Source: Lingula anatina
Lineage: Eukaryota; Animalia; Brachiopoda
Length of the DNA stretch: 64,000 nt
Assembly: GCA_051362555.1 (NCBI GenBank)
Contig: CM120640.1
Span: 20,584,001-20,648,000 of the forward strand
Reading direction: 5' to 3'
Position numbers and translations under genes: made by a program. Below, one piece after another: positions 25,470-36,625 of the stretch (the first letter of the stretch is position 1; each line of letters starts with the position of its first letter). The notes below the pieces were generated by a model. It was not told the origin of the DNA, searched no databases, and saw only the letters and a program-made list of their open reading frames with translations.

Positions 25470-27707
25470 TCTACTTACAGGAGTATAGATAATATGGTTA
25501 CTAAATAAGAATTTTGAAGAAAAGACAATTATCAATGATTAGAAAAAATAATTATATAGTTACAACAATGGTCACCCCTGCTGACAAAATTTTCTGTAAT
25601 AAATGCTTAAATAAAAATGCTCTAGAATCATTTCTAAAGATATCAGCCATATTAAGCCTGCTATTCTGAGCCATTTAATTTACATGTCCATGATTCATGT
25701 TCTCACCTGTTGCAGCCAAAGCACCTGCCTGCCTTACACTTAATTTCTCTGCTGGTCTGGCAACATCAGCTAGCCCTGCTATCACTAAAGCCTGGAAAAA
25801 ATCAATACTTGAAATACAATGAGCAGAAATTTTACAAAAAAAATTAACTGAAGACCTATTTAAATTCTATTTTGTGGGCTGTCTGTATGGTTAATACATA
25901 TGACAACCTCAAACTCTACTTTGATAAAATCTGAAGTTATTCACGCATTAACTTTAAGGTGAATATGTTGGTCCTGTCTGTTAAAAGGCTTACCCATTTG
26001 AAGGTTGGTGCCCAAAAGAATATGGTTTTAGGACCTGAAATTCAAAAAAATTAATAAATAAAGAACAGGTAAGCTTTATAAGGCTTTTGTAAAAAAATGT
26101 TGTTTTATAAGACAGGAGACTGTGTATTAATTACCACCAAGGCTTATATTATGTGTCAAAGTTAAAAAATACTACTTTGTACTGCATACTTTACTTCAAT
26201 CACAACGTAAATACTACCGAAAGCTTACAAAAATACAGTAAAATGTTTCAATTACATTTAAAATCCATAATCCATGCCAAACATTGCAGTGACAAGAACG
26301 ACCTACATTCGGTAGGCCCTAGACGAAGTCTGAGCAAACTTACCCCCAAATTATAAATACAAACGGCACTTTACAATGCTGATAGACAAGGGCAATTTTT
26401 ATATTTTCAGCAGGAGATAATTCGTAATCAGAGCCATAGGAGAAGGCAATTTTCATATTTGTTTAAGGGACTTCATTAGTGGAAGATTGGCAGCAGGAGA
26501 AACTTATTGATCCGAGCGAGACAAGAGGGCAATTTTCAAATTCGTTCAAGGAACTTCAGTCGCGGAAGTCCACAATCTTTATATACATATAATATATATA
26601 TACCAGTACATGTATAGCAACTTTAAATTTTTTGTTTAAAAATAGTACAATCACTACTAGGGGATGTATTTTACATATTCACATTGTACCAAAGCCCATG
26701 ACTGGGGTAGCACTAACACTTGCCAATTTAGCCAAATGCTAAAACTGACTTAAATTGGCTAAAGAAAAAGGGCTTGATTTGACATGTTTTAGCCAAATTA
26801 TAACCATTTTGATAACAAATTGACAAAAATGTGGTGATTTGGCTAAGTGAAAAAAATTGCTAGCGCTACCCCAGCATGATTATGTGCTCCAATTTTAAAC
26901 TAGGTAAACTCGGCATAACTGTGTAAAGGCATTTCACACTGCATTGTCATCCAGAATGTTAATGGCCGAGCGATCAGACAGTGATGATCACTGTCGGTAT
27001 ATGATTCCCCCAATATAAGGATTATATGCTCATATATAGTGGGTAAAATGTGACAGACAGATCAAAGAAAATAAAGGGGTGTGGATTTTTTAAAATTGAT
27101 TTTAAGTCCCCAGAAAGTGTACTTCTCTTTTAAATTTCAAGTCTCTGCAGCTGGCTTAATTAGAAGATAAATCATGTGTGGAACCTACTATTACTATGAA
27201 GTTCGCGTTTCTGTGTTCACTGTAAGCAGGGATTGATTGTGGCAATGTCAGAATAGACACAGAAATAAGCAAAACATACTCGCTAAGTGCAAGTGCACGG
27301 TACTCGTTCTGTCGGTACTACTTCCACTTATAAAGTTTAGCTGTCGTCGGTGTCACGCCACTAAAGCCCCCTTTACAATGGACGGCGTCCTATCTGCGTC
27401 CAGCAGTACAGCCCCATTTGAGATAAAATTATAATACTTTACGTGCTGACAACTGGTCGATCATTGAGCAGTCATTCTGATACAAAACCAATACTCCTGC
27501 CTCCTTATTAAGACCACAGCGATGCCAAATTTCATGGTCGCAGAAAGGACGCCGTCCAGTGTAAAGGGGGTATAAGCGTCAGGCAAAGCAAAGAATTAGA
27601 AATAAGTGGTTGATTGTCTTACCTGCTTCATGGTTCCAAAAAGGTTGGAATTTGGCAGGAACCGCCTTGTCAAGTACCCTTATACCTGCTCTATAAAGAG
27701 CGGACAT
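19249..27707 (-). CDS. MPC2: Mitochondrial pyruvate carrier 2 (122 aa, 5 exons)
   Basis: Exons 27707-27623 (MSALYRAGIRVLDKAVPAKFQPFWNHEA), 26034-25994 (GPKTIFFWAPTFKW), 25791-25707 (ALVIAGLADVARPAEKLSVRQAGALAAT), 25372-25261 (GLIWSRYSMVIIPKNWNLFSVNIFV...) and 19294-19249 (YKQELKKKEQAEES*). Total 369 nt, in frame, with MPC2-diagnostic motifs. Confidence 0.96.
22003..22205. mobile_element. MITE of 203 bp with long (about 65 bp) TIRs and TTA TSD (Harbinger/Tourist-like)
   Basis: GACTCCGTTCACATGAAAAATCTATTTTCTAAAAATCTATTTTCTATTCGCGGTATCTTGTGATCAC is mirrored at the right end with few mismatches. TTA at 22000-22002 and 22206-22208. Confidence 0.88.
22421..23395 (+). CDS. Intronless ankyrin-repeat protein (324 aa) with C-terminal CAAX motif (CILL), nested antisense in MPC2 intron 4
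   Basis: 975-nt ORF with ankyrin consensus IDAMDYRGRTALYHAAEKGLHDIMLALLRCGA and further degenerate repeats (LAHAVLAGDIKLAQKLLRFGNCDIN). Ends SAACILL*. A polypyrimidine-AG acceptor at about 22368 suggests an upstream UTR exon. Confidence 0.85.
   Translation: MRHEKKCDVGTLMLPPKHNRQMSKQHMTETFELDIHAPNFHQSSIYKAIKEKDPHGLSSAIRGGCSVHTVEDEFQLTYLHLLVFTADGTTERTFIPMVYSLSNSGIRIDAMDYRGRTALYHAAEKGLHDIMLALLRCGAVPEDEIVEVIRANGGPFEYELMSTFLKFKPGISTAVQKGDFKTTQRLVSYWVRVNSKHDGKHLLEIAKETKNAELCQFLESKLTTTELAHAVLAGDIKLAQKLLRFGNCDINTMDMAYRENYLKAYTPRSLRDTAQDLGHIDLVRILPVVNYSKDGDDTIISRNNEDAHPNIKPGTTTSAACILL
25421..25465. repeat. (GA)n microsatellite in MPC2 intron 3
   Basis: About 22 AG units. Confidence 0.95.
27365..27572. 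mobile_element. MITE of about 208 bp with about 38-bp imperfect TIRs and TAA TSD (Harbinger-like) in MPC2 intron 1
   Basis: Left CCCCCTTTACAATGGACGGCGTCCTATCTGCG and right CGCAGAAAGGACGCCGTCCAGTGTAAAGGGGG. TAA at 27362-27364 and 27573-27575. Confidence 0.8.
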
Positions 27708-27767
27708 AGCTTGCTTGCTTTCAGTTTATATCAAGATTTCTTTGACCTGCCTGCGCCTTAATTTACA

Positions 27768-27775
27768 CCGGAAGT
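27768..27775. promoter_or_regulatory. ETS/GABPA-type motif CCGGAAGT in the MPC2 promoter region
   Basis: Motif lies about 60 bp upstream of the MPC2 ATG in a CpG-containing patch. Such sites are common at nuclear-encoded mitochondrial genes. Function is inferred. Confidence 0.4.
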
Positions 27776-28185
27776 TAACACTAAGTAGAGGGGAGCACGG
27801 TATCTAATACAAGACGAGCCGATCGGTACTTTTTATTCGTTTCTCGAAGGTATCAGACACAAGTCTTTAAAATGCCACCATCGGATCAAAAGCGACGGAA
27901 AAGGTTAAACCACGCAAAAGGAGAAAAATCTAACATTGAGACCATGAGAACCTATCCATTTACGTAATTTTTGTTTTTGAAAAAAAAAAAAAACAGAAAG
28001 AATTTTCAAATACTATGTAACATTTTATTCAGTAAAAAAAAATCACAGAAAATGTCAAGAGGGCACATAAATTTATCAACATCAAATATGTAACATTACA
28101 CTCTGATACGTTGAGAATGACTTATTATTCCGAATTAAAAAGAAGAATAAAAATTATTCAAATTTTCACCACTTACTGAGTATAT

Positions 28186-28327
28186 GGGGCCGTAGCGATA
28201 GTCCGAAGGTTCATTGGTCCGAATGTTCACTATAGAACCTTCGGACCAATGAACCCTTGATTAAAAAATTGATGAAAATGTTACCACTTTTCGGACCAAT
28301 GAACCTTCGGACTATCGAGACACCCCC
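28186..28327. mobile_element. Short MITE (142 bp) with GG..CC ends and 8-bp TSD GAGTATAT (Merlin-like)
   Basis: CGATAGTCCGAAGGTTCATTGGTCCGAA is inverted as TTCGGACCAATGAACCTTCGGACTATCG. GAGTATAT at 28178-28185 and 28328-28335. Confidence 0.85.
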
Positions 28328-28771
28328 GAGTATATCACAGCAATGTTTTGGATAAAATATATTGATTGCACATGCCATTTTGTCCTTATTTTCTCGTTAC
28401 ATATAGGATCTGACAGAGGCACACCATTGTGTTACACATATAAAACTTCTTTTCATGCACAATGTACAGTATTCAAAATAACATATACTGCTTAATAGTA
28501 TATTACCATCTTTATAAAAAATGAAGAAAAAAAATTATTTTATATTTATTTAATTTATAGAGTGCAAGCAATACCCCTTATGCATAGTGACAATATATGC
28601 ATGTTTTTTAAGCTTACCTATCACCTAATGTTTTTTTTAACACTACTATATATATATAGTATATATTTTAATATTCAAAGACTATGCATTGTAATTAACA
28701 AACAGTATATAGTTCATAACAACTTCCCGTTCACTTCACTTTCACTTCCTTGAGGGACTTATATTTCCTTC

Positions 28772-31700
28772 TCATAACAGGAGTTGATCAAAGCTCATTG
28801 TGGTTTTATTTGTAGCAATTTCAACTTCCAATTTCTTAACTTCTTCCTCAAAACTAACAGACTCTGAAGACAATTGCCCAATCAAATTCTCCATCTTAGT
28901 TAAATCTGGTCTTCCACCGTCCAATTTAAACTGCATGACAGAAATTCCTTCAGCCTGTAGTGCTCTCACCATGTGACCTTGAGCATGCTGACTATGCAAG
29001 AATGAAATAAAGACCAATTTTGCAGGATAGACCTCTTCATGGTACTTCTTGAACAGTGGAAGGAATCTGATGAGTGAGAAGAAAAGTGATGCACTGAATT
29101 AAAACTCAGTTGTTTATGACTAGATTGCACCTGGAAAAACATTGTTTGTCATTCAAACTAGTCAGATTAAAATGATAATAATTCACTGACACAGACACAT
29201 ATCAAAGGGCATAAAATTTCAATTACACACACCTGTAGCCCTGAAAGGATGTATTTTCCTCTTCATCTGTGACAATGATGAAAGTTTTCACTACCTCTTT
29301 CCTCTCATAGAATGGGTACAAACTGGCTGCGGGGGCAGTGGCACCAGCAGTTTGGATTGTCAATGCCATTTTTAACACCTAAATAAAGCAAATTTTGTTT
29401 TTTTGTGATTAGGATTATTCTTTGAAAGATACTGTGAATTAAAACTAAGTATACATTTTATTTAACAAATATTCATAAACCAAGACGGTCTACATGCTAG
29501 TATATGAGAAGGGCTTAATAGGCCCTTATAAAGGCAACAATGACATTCAACATATGATTGCTTAACTCTAGTCTATGACAAATTTCCCCAGTAAACACAT
29601 TTGATAAGCTAGGTTTTTAGGATCCATTGAGGAAAACATATTCAGTGTAAGAGTCTGACTCAGAGAAGTAATGTGTATTTTTAAAAATAAGACAATTTCA
29701 GTCTATGGCTAAAATTACATAAAAAATTGTGATTCAGGAAATAATACAAAAATCTTTTTGAAGACAAAACATTATATAACACAAATAGTCACCTCCTCAA
29801 TATTAGTTGGAATGAATGGAGCATCCCTATTAACGGAATCAAAGAAGACCAGCTTAGCAGAGGTGATTGCTGTTAGAAAACTTGCAATAATTGTCGATGT
29901 CCTGATAGCCACATTCATAGATGGGGAAGCATCACCAATCACAACAATTGGTTGCTCCAAAGGAAGGCTGCAATATATGACATAAATGAGAATGACAAGA
30001 CCGTTGTTACATGGCAACCCTGCCTAGCCATTATAAACAAGGCAGCAAAGCTGTCAAATGTACAGACAAAAAGCAGGAAATAACTAAATAGGCTACTGTC
30101 AATTCTGATGCAAAAGTACATTATGTTAAACTGCAAATTCAACATCAAATTTTAATTATCCTCAACAGGTAATACCAATGTAAGTAAAATGTGTAACAAG
30201 TTCACACTTTGAAAATGTATAAAATCCAGAAAAAGAAGCCAATTAGACTGCTTTTCCAACTCAGGCTGCATTTTAGTCCTGTATTTCTTTTTTTGAAAGT
30301 TTGGCAATCATAAGTAACATGGTTTTCCCATAATGGTCATCTTGGCAGCAGCACCCAAAAGTTGTGTTTTCTTCTATTCTGATGCAATATTACAAAATGG
30401 TTAAACAGCATAATGACAATCAATTTTTATTAATAAAATATACGTATCATGGATTTTCAGAAAATGTGACTAGCATGGGTCTTCAGGCCTGTGGAACTTC
30501 AAAGTCACAAATGCCAATATGTGAAAAATTAAATTTTCACAAAAAAAAAAAAAAAAAACTGTTTAACTGGCAGAAAAAATTACCAAACAGACTGCATTGC
30601 CTACTGAAGCTGTATTTTAGTCCCATGTTTCTTTCCTGTAAGTTTGAGAACAGTAAGTGACATGGTTTTTCTTAAATGGTCATCATGGGAGCAGTGCCCA
30701 AAATAGGTTTTTTTCAAATTTTGATGCAATATTACATAATGTTTAACAGTATAATGACCATCAATTTTTAATAATAACATATTAGTATCATGGATATTCA
30801 GAAAATGTGACTAGCATAGGTCTTCAGGCCCATGGAACTTCAAAGTCAAAACTTGAAAATGCCAAAATGTAAACAAGACAGCACTGTTCTGAAATGTTTT
30901 TTCCCCCATTTTTAACAATTTTTAACATAAAACAAAATTAACAGTTTACTGCCATTTTTATATGATAAACTAAGAAAATTGATGAGATGGGAAAAATATC
31001 AATAGAGCAGTGTTAAATGTCCCATTTCCTCCATTCCAAGATTCTGAACATAGTGAATGATTGAATCTGACAAACTGCAATGATATGAGTTTATTTCCAT
31101 TTTTGAAACTTTATTACACAATACACAATAACAAGTTTACCATCATTTTTACATAATCAACTAACAATGTTGTAAAGATGCAGGAAATGTCAAACAAACA
31201 CTTTCACGTATCTTATTAGTTAAATAATGAGACTGTTAACATGCCTAAGAATTGAATCTGAGGAAATGTGAAAAAACAACATAACTTTTAAAATAATGGC
31301 CCAATTATGCTGATTTTTGAACTTAACCTGCGTTTTAGCAAGATTGACCATTCCTGTGAGTTTAATGTCAATTGGCCTATCTGTTTTTCTTATATTGTGT
31401 TTACAGTGTTGCATATATGCTGAAAAGTGAAAAAAAAAAGCATAACTACTAAAATAGTGGCCCGGTCATGCTGATTTTCGAACTTGACCTGTGTTTTAGT
31501 AAGAATGATTACTCCTGTGAGTTTTATGACGACAGGCCTATCGGTTTTCCTTGAAATGTGTTTACAGTGTTGCATATATGCTGAAAAGTGAAAAAACAGC
31601 ATAACTACTACAATAATGGCCCGATCATGCTGATTTTCGAACTTGACCTGCATTTTATGAATATTCATCAGCTCTATAAATATAAAGCCAAAAAGTAAAA

Positions 31701-33546
31701 CTGCCTTCCACTTATCGTGTTTACAAGGAAAGTGCACGGCGCCGACGGCGACGACGGCGACGACAGACGCAGGTGACAGCAATATGTACAGACACATCTG
31801 TGTCTGTACATAAAAATGTCATCTTCTATCTATTCATTTGGTCACTCAGTTTTTTCTTGAAATTCAGAAGTCTTTATATGATTAATTAACATACAGAAAA
31901 AAATTTAAATATTTTCATTATTAATCATCCAATTCCTGATGGCAGAGGAATGTTAAAATGACAACCATCATTTTAAAAAAATTCTACACACATGCAATAA
32001 CTATCCTACCCTATTTTAGATTACAGCAAATAAGTTCAATATTACTTATGTACCTTAATCCTTCCAACTGTTTTTGAGCCAATGGTATCAGACGCTCAAT
32101 GAACATTGCACGATTGCTAACAGTGACAGGAGTTTCAGTTTTCACTGGCTCAGAGCCCCAGTCATCTCCGCCACCCCAGTCGTCCACTCTGGTATTTGTA
32201 TTTTCACGCATCATTTTGAATTTCAGTAATCTCTCCATCAGTTTCCCATAGTTCAGGGTAACTTGCTCTCCAGCTGTCAATCTAGCTTCTATGATTTTGT
32301 CAACCTCTTCACATTCCAAGTCTTCATAGTACCTAGTAAAACAGGATTACGATACTTCATAAAAAGTCAAATTCATGTTAGCAGTTCATATTTTATTATT
32401 TGCATCATATACTGAAAATTTACCATCACTGATCAAAGAAATGTGAACTGCCAAAACTCCAACTTTACTAGTATACTTCATCCAATGTCACGCCATTTCT
32501 TATCCAGAAATCTATTTGTTACAAATAATAATAATAATTTTGATACTATTTACATAAATTTTTGGCACTGTGAACTAAGTTTCACATATCATAATATTTC
32601 AAATTACCATAGCAAAATGTCAATCTTTGGCGTGTACTTGGCAATCCTTGCTTTTGATTCCACTGAGAGCATATTCTTCTGGTCTTTAAGATGAGTGTAA
32701 GGGATGTCAAATTCCATGATGAGCGAATTGACGTTTTCTGCAGTCACCTCTTTGCACCTAAACACCATGGACTCCTCTGGGGCAGGTCCCCCATAGCAAA
32801 ATGGTAGAAACCAAGGCAAATTAGGGAAGTCCTGAGGAAGAAAATTCAATTTACTAATTATCAGTCATTACCCTTACTAACAAATAATTGAAATTTAATA
32901 TTGATGGTAGGGTACGGGGCGGATCCAGAGATATTATCTGACAGTCTTCCAAATTATCTTTGTCAAAAATGGAGGATGGATCAACAGTCTTCTGACGGCA
33001 AAAAATAAATACCCTTCAGTGTAAGCTTGAAAATCTGACCGTCTTCTGGAAGACCCAGAAGACAGCCTAAATCTGCCCCTGGGGTAAGATTATGTTACCA
33101 TAACCAAAAAAATCTCTTTTGGAGGAAACTAAAATTAGCTTAAAGACTGGCAAAGACTAAATATGGTTAATGAGCTCAAAAATATTTTTCAAACATAACT
33201 TCCATTTCTGAGGTCTGTACCACATAACTTACAAGGCTTAATGTTAAGAAAAATTAAAGCCTGTTATTGAAATATTTATATGGGATTATGGTGTACCTTC
33301 TTTGGGTTGAAATGGCATACGTCAGCTAGTTTTTTCCAGGGGTCTGTTGGGAAGTGCAGTGCATAAAATTCTAGCTCATCTTTCGAGAGTTGTCTCACCC
33401 ATTTCTTCAAGCGCTTGCATAATGCTCCACTTGCTGAGCCCATCTAGTAAAAAATAGACAGAAAAATCATAGAAATAGACAATGGTTTTAATAATTTATG
33501 ATTATATTTTACAGGTTGCAAAAAAAGAGCCAAAACCTTCTCCTAT

Positions 33547-33595
<49 letters not shown>

Positions 33596-34656
33596 AAGTT
33601 AAACAAATTGTTTTAAGTATCTTTTCTTATTCAAACATGACAATCATAATATTTCTAGTTTTATACCATTTTTATTCACAACAGAAACTAAGTAAAATAA
33701 ATAAAAACCATCTCTGACAGATTTCATGTTTTTCCAAAGTAAGAAAAGCATATGTCAAACATTCAAAATATTCATTTACAACAAACATTATTCTGTTACC
33801 TTTGGTTTATTTTTAGTCAAATTGTTAATCTCTGCCTTGACCTTTCCAAGGGTTTTTGGTTTTGGTTTACACTGCTGTATATGGAGCCGCTTCAACTTTT
33901 TCTCTTCTACACGTATTTTTCGAGAACTGTCTAGCAGAGTTAATGCCTTTAGCACTTCAATTAGACCAAAGTTGTCTGTGTTCTTTAAAAAAGAATCCGC
34001 AAGAGCAAAATCCTTTCTTGCCCATGCTGCTGCTAATGCTCTTATCCGGGCATCTAGAGAAAGATAAATATTGCTGGTCAAAAAATGTGTCATACTTTTT
34101 CTAATTTTTACATACAACAACAAGGGTTCTGCAATAAAAAAATTGTTAAAAATTGAAAAATAAATACACAATACATTAACATGACAGTTTTCAAGAGATA
34201 TAAAATCATACATGCAATCCAAATGGCAAGATCCATTATCATATCCAATGTCAGGTCTGTTATATGTGGAGTTCATGTTTTACTAACATAAAGCAGATGA
34301 ACATTTGATAGATTCAAGATAACCCATTTTTCTCATGATTCATGACAAACATGACCATTACAGTGTCAAATCAAAATGTGCTCACTTTGAGAGATCTCCA
34401 CCCCATTCCTCTGCATAACTGCCATTCCTGCAACATAACGGTTACAATTTTTTTCTTGTGCATCATAATGCTGATCAACTGTTGCAGTTCCCACAAAATA
34501 CTCTTTGATATCCTTATCAATGTCTAAAATTACATCTTTAACTTCATCTTGTGGGGTTTTGGCAGGCTGTTGTCCACGTCCTCTACCTCTTCCATGCCCA
34601 CCCCTACCACCACCACGTCCTCTACCGCGCCCTCTTCCTCTTCCTCTGTTTGGCAT
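28772..34656 (-). CDS. Uncharacterised protein: N-terminal RG/RGG tract, helical middle region, C-terminal VWA domain with complete MIDAS (Ro60/TROVE-like architecture); 8 coding exons
   Basis: Exons 34656-34386, 34053-33800, 33443-33297, 32831-32608, 32332-32054, 29967-29793, 29378-29233 and 29066-28772 splice in frame. N-terminus MPNRGRGRGRGRGRGGGRGGHGRGRGRG. VWA motifs IVVIGDASPSM (DxSxS), AGATAPAASL (T) and TFIIVTDEEEN (D). A probable 5'UTR exon donor lies at about 35252-35256. Confidence 0.85.
30036..31815 (+). mobile_element. Second HINE/DINE-1-like Helentron-associated element, in intron 5 of the VWA gene
   Basis: 5' AACAAG, hairpin GGCAGC-AAA-GCTGTC, then subterminal ATGTACAGACA (30058-30068). 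Internal direct repeat (about 30283-30510 vs 30633-30850) and three copies of a 160-bp unit (GCTGATTTTCGAACTTGACCTG at about 31309, 31470, 31629). GACGGC/GAC microsatellite at about 31736-31770. Perfect 14-bp stem TATGTACAGACACA-TC-TGTGTCTGTACATA (31783-31812). Confidence 0.8.
33549..33593 (+). repeat. Poly(A) run of about 45 nt in an intron
   Basis: Uninterrupted A tract. Confidence 0.9.
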
Positions 34657-35199
34657 GATTAATATTGTGTTCTATCTTACCTATGTAAAGATAAAGAAGT
34701 CTTTATAAAATTCACATACAAAAAATATACATAAAAGATTTAACATTGTTTTTTGCCTGTAATACAGTGCACATCTTCCCTTCATAATTTTTATAATCCA
34801 ACATCAACTGGTAGCACAAAATGAACTTACTAGTAAACTTCATGTGCATGTTACAACTTTGCCACTTGCTTTGTTTTATAAAGCAAAATTAATATTTTCT
34901 TTAAGAAACATTAGTTTCCAACTAGTAATCAAATTAACTGTAGTGTGCCATCTAATGCGACTCCAGATACAAGTATAACAGCATAGAAATGTATCATTTC
35001 CTGGTTTAGATTGTTCAATCTTATGAACGTTATAATTATCAAACTTGTACAGGGTATATATAGATTTTGGTATACTAGTACTTCTGCATTGATTTCCAAT
35101 GTTTTTCTTAAATAAGTTATGCACCGACTTTGTTCCAGATCTATGCCTCAATGCTTTTACAGAAAGCCATCGTGCATTATTTGAGTTGCGACTCAAACA

Positions 35200-36290
35200 T
35201 TTCGTCTGCTACAGTACTAGTAACTAAAATTCTCGGTTGTAGCCGGTCGTCCTTACCTGTACTAATTCGACTGATTTCACATTACAGTTTTCGATATATC
35301 GCTGCTGACGTTCTCTACCAATTCTGATATTTTGACTTTACCGGTTGATTTATATGTGGGAGGTTGCACAACCAATGCATCACCTACAGAAACTCTGCTA
35401 GCTCAGCATCTTTATTTACCGCCGACCTAGCAACTCACGGGTCTAGGTAGTCCTACGACTTCCTAGAAGTAGTTCGCATAAAATCATTTTAGCAGCTTGT
35501 TCTGTTATATGACCGTTTAAAAAGTGGTAACATGAGTGGTTAATATCAATTTTCTACCCCTTGACAGTGTTATCACTAACAGAACAATATTCTGATATAA
35601 TTATTTAAAAAGTGGCGAAATAATATCGACCTAATTTTAGTCAGTTATTTGGCCAGCGGTAAGTTGCAGCGTGTTTGCATCAGTTCCTCAAGGGTATGCA
35701 CCGGAAAAAAATCGTTGTTAAATGTATGTCATTAAAAAGATCTAGAATATACTAGATTGTCTTCAGAATAGCGAGTGCTTGTTACAAAACAAACTGCAAT
35801 AACAGACATTCTGCAGAGCGGTCGGACACCTACATTTCCGTTTGTTTTAATATACCAATTCATGAAGGTAGGCCGCTGCACTCCAACACAATGGCAACGT
35901 ACACATGACCTCGTTCGACTCGACACTAATGTTAATGCAGTTAAGTTAAATCCCTGCGCTTAAATATTTAAAACACATCACATTAATTTGATATGTAACC
36001 GTGAAAATCTATTTATATTAAACAATATAATTCACTTGAACAAATGTCAAAAGCCGAAAGATATCTCACGAGCAGCTTCTTGAAACACGTACTCATGCAA
36101 GTTCTCGTTTGTTGCGCAATGTGTTTACTTATTTTAAAAGCGGCTGTACAGCGGTTCGGTATTGTTGATGTGAACTAGATTACAAGAGACAGAGAAAACA
36201 GACCGATGCTGGTATGCGGGAGTAGTTTACGCAATTTAAGTTTATTGCTATGGACAACAAGAAGGATGTATCTCCCTAAAATACAGGTAT
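35200..36290. promoter_or_regulatory. Divergent (head-to-head) promoter region between the VWA gene (-) and the SOCS-box/HLCS transcripts (+)
   Basis: CpG-retaining stretch of about 1.1 kb between CpG-poor gene bodies. It is bounded by a minus-strand donor (CTTAC|CTG at about 35252) and a plus-strand donor (ACAG|GTATAAG at about 36287). Confidence 0.55.
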
Positions 36291-36625
36291 AAGTTCTTTT
36301 CTGATGAATTAAGATGGGTTTTGGTTAAATTTGCTTCTATTTTAACTTTGTAGTTTAACATGACTAAACTTACTTAAGATAAGTATTTATTTTACTCAGA
36401 AGAAAATGAAATATTAGTTACATTTATCATGCCAAGCACTCAAGGATTTACACACATCCAATCTGAGTTTTTACATGTAATGTTTCTCTTTGGGCCTTCC
36501 AGTGTAGAACAACAGTGATATAAGCTGGAATTTATCAGTAAAAAAGAATTTGGTCCAAATTTTACCATACTCATTTTAATGGCAATGGTTATAAATATCT
36601 TCTCATATATATCTTTTTTTCAAGG

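Noticed and set aside
26697-26880. Inverted repeat CTGGGGTAGCACTAACA / TGCTAGCGCTACCCCAG as a MITE
   Set aside because: Probably an old MITE, but the TIR is degenerate and no TSD was found, so it is not called.
32915-33081. GGGGCGGATCCAG...AATCTGCCCCTG hAT-like MITE
   Set aside because: Short imperfect TIRs and no convincing 8-bp TSD.
34505-34708. Pro-rich plus-strand ORF (PRPLPLP...)
   Set aside because: It is the antisense reading of the RG tract. The minus frame splices in frame into the VWA gene.
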